A DNA stretch of 22,774 nucleotides from assembly GCA_964652335.1 (NCBI GenBank), contig CAZZDL010000012.1, positions 1-22,774 of the forward strand, read 5' to 3'. Shown piece by piece: positions 8,148-14,968 of the stretch (position 1 is the first letter of the stretch; each line of letters opens with the position of its first letter). The notes below the pieces were generated by a model. That model ran no database searches. It had not been told where the DNA came from and was given only the letters and a program-made list of their open reading frames with translations. The stretch is from Candidatus Micrarchaeota archaeon (lineage in GTDB: Archaea; B1Sed10-29; WALL01; WAMD01). The position numbers and the translations under genes were made by a program.

Positions 8148-9443
8148 CTATGCGTAAAAAACACTTCTTTTGCTTAGCTCACCTGCCATGTTTTCTAGCA
8201 TTTTCTCTGTTAGCTCTTCACCTGCCAAATCATGCCCTAACAACCAGCCCAGTTTGACAAAAGCTGTTTCAGAAATCATGTCTTCAAGATATACCACGCC
8301 GGCCATGCTGAGCTTTCTCAGGTTTGCGTAAACGTTTGGATGAACCCTACCGAATATGCATTGACTTGTCATGCCAATGAATATCTCTTCATCCATAGCC
8401 CTCTTCAGTTGGGGGAGAATTGAATATCCCTTCTCACTGACAGGTGCGTGTCCAAGCCCTGTTCCTTCTAAGATGATCCCCTTGTACCCCTTGTCTATTA
8501 AGAAATCTAATAGCTCAGGGTTAAAGTTTGGATGGAGCTTGATTAATGCGGTCTTCGGTTCAAACTTGGTATCTGCATACGGTTGAGTATCCTTCCTTCT
8601 TTGGACGTTTGTAAGCATAGTAACCTTCCCATCCCATGATATCCTAACTACATAATCATCGTTTATCGGCTTAAATGCATCTCTCCTACTGGTGTGCATC
8701 TTCCTTGCCCTTGTCCCGCGGATCAATGCAGTGGACTCATCGCTTATTGTATCGTGCATGTTTACATACACTCCAGACATATCCAACTTAGCTGCTCTGA
8801 ATGCGTTTATCAGGTTCATGAAAGCATCTGAGCTCGGCCTGTCACTGGATCTTTGAGCGCCCACAAGCACGACTGGCTTACCTAAATCCCTGATCATAAA
8901 GCTTAACGCAGCTGATGTGTAATGCATTGTATCTGTTCCGTGAGCTATCACTACTCCATAGTTATCTAATTGCTTCACAGCTTCCTTAGCTATTTTCTGC
9001 CAATGTTTGTAGTTCATGTCTTCGCTCATGATATTAAATAATAACTTGCTTTTCACATTAACCTCATTAAATATCTCTGGGACAGCAAGGAGCAGATCCT
9101 CATCAGTAAAGCTTGCTGAAACCCCTCCTGTCTCGTAATCTACTTTACTGGCAATGGTTCCTCCGGTGTGGATCAATGCCACAGTTGGTAAATCTGGGTT
9201 ATAAGGCACTTTCATTTTGGTCTTAGTTTTCTTCCTCTTTGATAATAATGTTATTTCTGCGTTCTCAAATTTTATCCCCACATTATAACCAGAGTCAAGC
9301 TTCAAAACGAGATAATTTGGATTTCCCTCTGGTCTAGGGAGAAGAATCCCTTCCCACACCTCTTTCCCTTTCTTTACTCTGACTCTATCTCCCAGCGAGA
9401 TTCCCTTTCTTTTGAGCGTTTCCTGTATGCGCTTGGAGTACAT
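8148..9443 (-). CDS. gatD: Glu-tRNA(Gln) amidotransferase subunit D
   Basis: N-terminal GDRVRV...LKLDSGYNVG domain, HTGGTIAS, HGTDT, GAQRSSDRPSSD, RKMHTSRRDAF, GTGLGH. GGTGG SD upstream. Confidence 0.96.
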   Translation of the reverse strand: MYSKRIQETLKRKGISLGDRVRVKKGKEVWEGILLPRPEGNPNYLVLKLDSGYNVGIKFENAEITLLSKRKKTKTKMKVPYNPDLPTVALIHTGGTIASKVDYETGGVSASFTDEDLLLAVPEIFNEVNVKSKLLFNIMSEDMNYKHWQKIAKEAVKQLDNYGVVIAHGTDTMHYTSAALSFMIRDLGKPVVLVGAQRSSDRPSSDAFMNLINAFRAAKLDMSGVYVNMHDTISDESTALIRGTRARKMHTSRRDAFKPINDDYVVRISWDGKVTMLTNVQRRKDTQPYADTKFEPKTALIKLHPNFNPELLDFLIDKGYKGIILEGTGLGHAPVSEKGYSILPQLKRAMDEEIFIGMTSQCIFGRVHPNVYANLRKLSMAGVVYLEDMISETAFVKLGWLLGHDLAGEELTEKMLENMAGELSKRSVFYA

Positions 9444-9451
9444 CAAACCAC

Positions 9452-10126
9452 CTAACCATCAATCACAGTGCCAACAAACTTCTTGCCTTTAACTATTGAC
9501 ATTAGGTTATCTAGATCATTGCCGTCTGCAATCACGACTCTTATATTCGACCTAGCAGCAATCTTGGCTGCCAATAAATCAAAAACAAAATGGGCTCTTG
9601 CCTTTCTGGTGTCATATTTAGCCGCCATTTCCACTAGCTGAGCGTGGGTCATCTTTCTAATCAGCTTAGCTCTGGGATTCTTTTTTGGATCTGAGTCATA
9701 TATACCATTCACATCTGTCAAGCTCACTAGCTGATAACCAAGCGCCTCGGCTAGGAGAGCAGAAACAGCATTTGTTGTATGTCCAGGAACTGTCCCTCCC
9801 ATTACGGGTATATAACCTTCTTTCAACTGCTCCCTTGCTATATCTATGCTTTTGGCCACCTCTGGAGTACCTACCAAGAGCCCTAGTAGCCTGGCATTAA
9901 GCCTTGCTGAGTCTATCCCTAAAAGATCCTGATCATATGCAGACAAACCTAGGCTCCTGGCTAAGTTTACATATTTGGAGGAAACACTTCCCCCTCCAAC
10001 CACAAATGCAAAGGAATAGTTTTTTAAAGGAAGCAATCTAGAAGTTAAACCATGAAGCCATTCCACAAGCTTTGTGTCGGGCTTTTTGAATAGTGATCCA
10101 CCTAATTTTATTACCAATCCTTTCAT
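9452..10126 (-). CDS. pyrH: Uridylate kinase (archaeal type)
   Basis: VIKLGGS, VVGGG, DLLGIDSARLNA, MGGTVPGHTTNAVSA, TDVNGIYDSDPKKNP. Confidence 0.92.
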   Translation of the reverse strand: MKGLVIKLGGSLFKKPDTKLVEWLHGLTSRLLPLKNYSFAFVVGGGSVSSKYVNLARSLGLSAYDQDLLGIDSARLNARLLGLLVGTPEVAKSIDIAREQLKEGYIPVMGGTVPGHTTNAVSALLAEALGYQLVSLTDVNGIYDSDPKKNPRAKLIRKMTHAQLVEMAAKYDTRKARAHFVFDLLAAKIAARSNIRVVIADGNDLDNLMSIVKGKKFVGTVIDG

Positions 10127-10158
10127 ATTCTATCTTACTCACAAGTGGTTTAAAAGTG

Positions 10159-13083
10159 ATGATGATGGGGCTTGAAGATTATGAGTTCAAGAAGATGTTG
10201 AGGTTTTTGTCTAGCGTTCGCGGTCAGGGGACGGAACTGATTAGCATATACATTCCCCCGGATTACAATATAGCAGAGCTAGGAAACAAGCTAAGGGGGG
10301 AATATTCACAGGCAGAGAACATAAAATCCAAGCAAACCAGAAAAAATGTCCTTGGGGCTATAGAGCGAATACTTCAAGCCCTAAAACAATGGAAGAAACC
10401 TCCAGAGAACGGCTTGGCAATATTCTGTGGGAACATATCAAACCAGCCAGGGGTAAGTAACATAAAACTGTTTGTCGTCCAACCGCCAAAACCAATACAA
10501 GTACAGTTGTATAGATGTGATTCCAGCTTTTTCCTAGAGCCGCTCCTTGAGATGCTGGAACCAGAAGAAGTGTATGGAATAATTACAATTGATAGAAGGG
10601 AAGCTACACTAGCACTGTTGAAAGGGAAAAGGGTTGAGATAATCAAGAATCTTCAGTCAAATGTCCCAGGAAAGCATAGGGCGGGTGGCCAGTGCCTACA
10701 CCCTGAAACAAAGGTTGTGCTTGAAGATGGGTCAATAAGCAAAATTTCTGAGATAAACTCCAATAGGGGAATCGTCTCTGTATCTAACTCTAAGACAAGT
10801 GTTTCCAGAGTAAAAAAAGTGTTCAGAAAGGAGAACGATGAATGGCTTGAAATAGTCACAAAGTACCCTATGAGAAAAATAATTACGACTGGTGAACATT
10901 GGTTCTTTGTTCCTGGAGAGTATGGTTTCAACCTAAAACAAGCCTGGGAAATACAGCCAGGGGACGATGTTATCATGGTCAAAGAAATTAGAATTGAAGG
11001 TAAAAGACAAAAGCTAAATGTAAAGATACCTGTAAAAGGAGAAATATCTGAAAAAGGTATAAAAGTTCTCGCTAAGAGAAGAAAAACACTCAAGATAAGT
11101 CAGAGGAAGCTTGCCGAATTCTTGGGTATAACTCAAGCGACAGTTTCTAAGTTCGAACTTGGTGTTGGAAAGATTAGCTTAGATAAAATAAAAAAGATGG
11201 TTAAGTATCTTAATCTAAACTGGGATGACTTCAAAAACAAATACATAGTTAATACTCAATTGTTTAAATTCCCGGAGGAGTTGAACCCAGATCTAGCTAG
11301 ATTACTTGGATATATAACTGGAGATGGTAATGCAGAACCGGATAGGATAAGGATTTACGAAAATGAATTACAAGTAGCCAAAAGATATGCCACATTAGCT
11401 AAGTCCCTGTTTGGAGTAAACGTTGTGGTAAGACGAAGGAAAACAAGAAACTACTACATACTGGAGATATATGGAAAAGAATTGATTAAGACAATAAAGA
11501 AAATTTTCCCTGAGGTATTCACAAGGAAAGGGGTGCCTAGATTAATACAACTATCAGACAACGATGTTATCGCTGCGTACATATCTGGAATAATAGATGC
11601 TGACGGTTCTGTTGCAGATAGAGGAATTTCAATATCTATGGTTGACGAGGGGCTAGTTACGGATATAAGCTTATTGCTGCTAAGGTTGGGTATTGTGAGT
11701 TCAGTGAGAGAAAAGAAAATTAGACCATCTAAAATCAGAGGCTCTATGGTAATATCAAAAGTACAAACCGAGTTACTAATAAGCGACAGGGATTCCATTG
11801 ATAAAGCAAAGAAAGTTATGAGGCTTCTCAATAAGCGGAAAATGGATAAACTATCAAAAATTAGAAAGAAAAAAACAAGGACCAGCCAGGTGTGGATCTC
11901 TGGGAAGATGTTAATTAGAATTGCGCGAGATATCGGAGTGAATACAATGAATTTTAAAACGAGCTCAAACTTTTTTAGAGATAAAAGGTACATGAGCTTT
12001 GAGGTATTTAGTAAAGCAATATTGAAACCAATTGAGAAAAGAGTAAAAGAGTTGGAAAGACTGAGTACAAGGAACATGAGAGAATTCAGGAAGACACTTG
12101 GTTTAAGAATGGAGGAAGTAGCTAGGGCTATGGGTGTGAGTGTCACGCCAATTCAGAGATTAGAGAAGGATAATAGATACAAGAACTCTAATCTTGAGAG
12201 AAAAGTATGGAAATACTTAGAGAATGAAAGAGACAGAATGTTAACAAAAGCTAAAAGTTTCTTGAAACTAGCGTCTGAAGCGTATTGTGGTGATCTGATA
12301 AGGGCAAAAGTAAAAAGCATTAAACGTATCTATACTCCAACCTACGCCTTTGACATTGCAGTTCCAAAAACGGAGAACTTTGTCGCAGACTGTTTCTTGG
12401 TGCATAATAGTTCAGTCCGTTTTGAAAGACTCATAGAGATCGCTGCTCATGAATGGTTCAAGAAGATTGGTGAAATGGCTAACCAATACTTCTCTGGTAG
12501 TGAAGTGAAGGGAGTAATCATTGGTGGGCCTGGGCCAACAAAGAATTATTTTGTCAACAGCGATTACCTAAGTAATGTGATAAAGAAAAAGATTGTTGGG
12601 ATAGTTGATACCAGTTACACAGATGAATTTGGAGTGAGGGAAGTTTTGGAGAAATCTGGGGAGATAATGAAAGAGCTTGGGGTGGTAAAAGAAAGAAAGC
12701 TAATAGAGGAGTTCATAAAAAGAATTTCCACAGATGGCCTAGCTACATATGGGGAAAACGAAGTTAGACAGGCTTTAATTGAGGGGAAAGTAGATACTCT
12801 ATTGGTCTCTGAAAAGCTCACATGGCTTAGGGTTACTATGAAATGCCCTCAATGCGGATACGAGGAAAAGATCACTGTTAAGGGAGAGACATTGCCGACT
12901 AAGCCATGCCCAAAATGCAATATACCAATGCAACCTGTGGAGGAGGAGGACGTAGTGGAAGAGCTAGCTAAACTAGCAGAGGCAGGAGGAGCAAAAGTGG
13001 AAGTCATATCCACAGATACGCCGGAAGGAAAGCAGTTTTACGAAGGGTTCGGAGGAATAGGTGCATTGTTGAGATACAAATAG
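10159..13083 (+). CDS. prf1: Peptide chain release factor aRF1 precursor containing an intein
   Basis: GTELISIYIP, NIKS, YRCDSSF, PGKHRAGGQ | intein | SSVRFER, IGGPGPTK, YGENEV, C-domain Zn ribbon (CPQC..CPKC), FGGIGALLRY. Start is one of three tandem ATGs (10159/10162/10165). The spliced product is ~400 aa. Confidence 0.95.
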   Translation: MMMGLEDYEFKKMLRFLSSVRGQGTELISIYIPPDYNIAELGNKLRGEYSQAENIKSKQTRKNVLGAIERILQALKQWKKPPENGLAIFCGNISNQPGVSNIKLFVVQPPKPIQVQLYRCDSSFFLEPLLEMLEPEEVYGIITIDRREATLALLKGKRVEIIKNLQSNVPGKHRAGGQCLHPETKVVLEDGSISKISEINSNRGIVSVSNSKTSVSRVKKVFRKENDEWLEIVTKYPMRKIITTGEHWFFVPGEYGFNLKQAWEIQPGDDVIMVKEIRIEGKRQKLNVKIPVKGEISEKGIKVLAKRRKTLKISQRKLAEFLGITQATVSKFELGVGKISLDKIKKMVKYLNLNWDDFKNKYIVNTQLFKFPEELNPDLARLLGYITGDGNAEPDRIRIYENELQVAKRYATLAKSLFGVNVVVRRRKTRNYYILEIYGKELIKTIKKIFPEVFTRKGVPRLIQLSDNDVIAAYISGIIDADGSVADRGISISMVDEGLVTDISLLLLRLGIVSSVREKKIRPSKIRGSMVISKVQTELLISDRDSIDKAKKVMRLLNKRKMDKLSKIRKKKTRTSQVWISGKMLIRIARDIGVNTMNFKTSSNFFRDKRYMSFEVFSKAILKPIEKRVKELERLSTRNMREFRKTLGLRMEEVARAMGVSVTPIQRLEKDNRYKNSNLERKVWKYLENERDRMLTKAKSFLKLASEAYCGDLIRAKVKSIKRIYTPTYAFDIAVPKTENFVADCFLVHNSSVRFERLIEIAAHEWFKKIGEMANQYFSGSEVKGVIIGGPGPTKNYFVNSDYLSNVIKKKIVGIVDTSYTDEFGVREVLEKSGEIMKELGVVKERKLIEEFIKRISTDGLATYGENEVRQALIEGKVDTLLVSEKLTWLRVTMKCPQCGYEEKITVKGETLPTKPCPKCNIPMQPVEEEDVVEELAKLAEAGGAKVEVISTDTPEGKQFYEGFGGIGALLRYK
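10693..12408 (+). mobile_element. Intein (572 aa) with LAGLIDADG homing endonuclease and two HTH modules
   Basis: Block A CLHPETKV, block B TTGEHWF (TxxH), LAGLIDADG motifs LLGYITGDG (~11302-11328) and ISGIIDADG (11581-11607), block F/G AFDIAVPKTENFVADCFLVHN followed by Ser+1. Removing it restores GGQ-SS. Confidence 0.95.
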
Positions 13084-13097
13084 TATAGGAGAGATAG

Positions 13098-14198
13098 ATG
13101 AACATTCAAAGACCACAGGATTTTATTGTAGAGGAGATAACACCTGAGGGCCTAATTTTAGAAGTTGGCAAAGAATGGAAATTCAATCCAGGGACTGGAA
13201 AGCATTTGATATGCATTCTGGAAAAGATAAACTGGGACACAAACAGAGCCATAAAGGCAATTGCGAGGAGATTGCACGTTTCCAGAAAGCGAATCGGATT
13301 TGCCGGAACAAAGGATAAATGGGCTTGGACTACGCAAAGAATAAGCATCTGGGGGATCAAGCCAGAGGATGTTGATCGAATAAAGCTTAAAGACCTATGG
13401 GTGAAACCAATCACATTCAGCGAAGAGAGGATAAAGCTTGGTGACCTGTGGGGAAATAGGTTCACGATAAAACTAAAGGATGTGAAAGCCCCCAGTACGT
13501 TAAATGAAGTGCCAAATTTCTTTGGTATCCAAAGGTTCGGAGAGAAAAGGCCTGTCACTCATCTAGTTGGAAAGGCAATAGTGAATGGTAACCTAGAGAA
13601 CGCAGTTAAAACATATCTAGCTTGGCCTGGACCTGGAGAGAGGGAAGAAACCAGAATCGCCAGAGAGAAGCTTGCCGAAGACTGGGATTGGAAAAAAGCA
13701 TTAAGTTATTTTCCAAAGCATCTTTCCTACGAGCTTACCCTACTTCAACACCTTGCTAAGCATCCAAATGATTACGCAAACGCATTAAGGCGACTTCCTA
13801 GAAATCTGTTGAAAATGTTTGTCCATGCCTATCAAAGCCTACTGTTCAACAGATACCTACAAAAAAGAATGAAAACCATTGGGCTAGGAAAAGCTGAGGG
13901 TGATATCATTATTGACGGAAAGGTTACTGGTCCACTATTTGGTTATTCCATGGAGCTAGCAAGGGGAGAACCTGGCAGACTAGAAAGAGAGATAATGTCA
14001 GAGGAGGGGATAAGACTAGAAGATTTTAAGGTGAAAAGCCTTCCAGAAGCGTCTAGCAAAGGGAGTAGAAGGGCGATAGTAGCTAGGGTCTATGACTTTG
14101 AGGTTGATGGGTCTACTATCAAATTCAAGCTTGAAAGAGGGAGCTATGCTACTACTGTTTTGGATTATCTATTTGGAAATGAACCCTTTTTGGGATAA
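13098..14198 (+). CDS. truD: tRNA pseudouridine(13) synthase TruD
   Basis: PQDFIVEE, FAGTKDKWAWTTQ with the catalytic Asp, LGDLWGNRFTI, PNFFGIQRFG, HAYQSLLFN, FKLERGSYAT. Confidence 0.95.
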   Translation: MNIQRPQDFIVEEITPEGLILEVGKEWKFNPGTGKHLICILEKINWDTNRAIKAIARRLHVSRKRIGFAGTKDKWAWTTQRISIWGIKPEDVDRIKLKDLWVKPITFSEERIKLGDLWGNRFTIKLKDVKAPSTLNEVPNFFGIQRFGEKRPVTHLVGKAIVNGNLENAVKTYLAWPGPGEREETRIAREKLAEDWDWKKALSYFPKHLSYELTLLQHLAKHPNDYANALRRLPRNLLKMFVHAYQSLLFNRYLQKRMKTIGLGKAEGDIIIDGKVTGPLFGYSMELARGEPGRLEREIMSEEGIRLEDFKVKSLPEASSKGSRRAIVARVYDFEVDGSTIKFKLERGSYATTVLDYLFGNEPFLG

Positions 14199-14858
14199 AG
14201 CCTTGTGAAGCTCCTGCTTCAACTTATGCCCAAACATGTCATCTCTAGAAGTATCTAATTCTATAACAATTGTATCCGGATTCTCACTCTTAAACCGCCT
14301 TACCATATCATTGAACTTTTTAGATAATGCTTCCAACTCTGCTTTTCCTTCATGGAAATGTTTTGCCTTTTTCCTCTTCTTTGTCTTTACATCCGATAAA
14401 ATCCGTTTGTACGCTACATTTGGGTCTGTTTTTAAGTGGATAAGTAGGTCCACCTTTGGGGCTGCCGCTAATAACGTGCTAATATCAGATGAGAGTTTAG
14501 GCGTTTTATAAACCTCACGATAAACCCTAAAATCTATTGGTGGATACCTTTCGTATATTATAATATCTGATTTCTTTTCTTTAGCTATTCTGATGAATGG
14601 GTAAATGAGTGTGTAAAAAAACTGTGAAACAAGTATCTCTGCTTTACTTTTTCTCTCATCCCCTTTCATAGATAACCTCTGCAATACTGATGCTGTTGGT
14701 TTTAACTTATACACTGACCTTTCTCTAGGAAGAGATGTTATTACATCTACTTTGTGGTCCGCAAACATCTCTTTTATATGTTTAATCACTGTTGACTTGC
14801 CACTTCCATCAATACCAACCACTGCGATCCTAATTGGTTTTGCCTTTGACTTTCTCAT
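14169..14858 (-). CDS. Thymidylate-kinase-like nucleoside monophosphate kinase
   Basis: P-loop VGIDGSGKST, IIYERY, and PKVDLLIHLKTDPNVAYKRI lid-region pattern. Divergent sequence; overlaps the truD 3' end by 30 nt. Confidence 0.65.
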   Translation of the reverse strand: MRKSKAKPIRIAVVGIDGSGKSTVIKHIKEMFADHKVDVITSLPRERSVYKLKPTASVLQRLSMKGDERKSKAEILVSQFFYTLIYPFIRIAKEKKSDIIIYERYPPIDFRVYREVYKTPKLSSDISTLLAAAPKVDLLIHLKTDPNVAYKRILSDVKTKKRKKAKHFHEGKAELEALSKKFNDMVRRFKSENPDTIVIELDTSRDDMFGHKLKQELHKALSQKGFISK

Positions 14859-14901
14859 AAGACCCCCACTAATTATTTATTAAAATGATTAAAATAGTAT
14901 C

Positions 14902-14961
14902 GGGCACATGATGATATGAACAACCTCTGATGAATGATGACTGAACCCTGCACTGATGCCC
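14902..14961 (+). ncRNA. C/D box methylation guide sRNA
   Basis: Terminal stem GGGCA(14902-06)/TGCCC(14957-61). C box ATGATGA 14908-14, 12-nt guide, D' CTGA 14927-30, C' ATGATGA 14934-40, 12-nt guide, D CTGA 14953-56. AT-rich TATA-like stretch ~25 nt upstream. Confidence 0.93.
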
Positions 14962-14968
14962 ACTTATT

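Noticed and set aside
10093..10158. Hydrophobic signal-like N-terminus on aRF1 in the ORF track
   Set aside because: It overlaps pyrH on the opposite strand. aRF1 is cytoplasmic and homology begins at the tandem Met codons.
10159..13083. RF2-like programmed frameshift or readthrough autoregulation in the release factor gene
   Set aside because: The frame is continuous with no internal stop; the extra length is fully explained by the intein.
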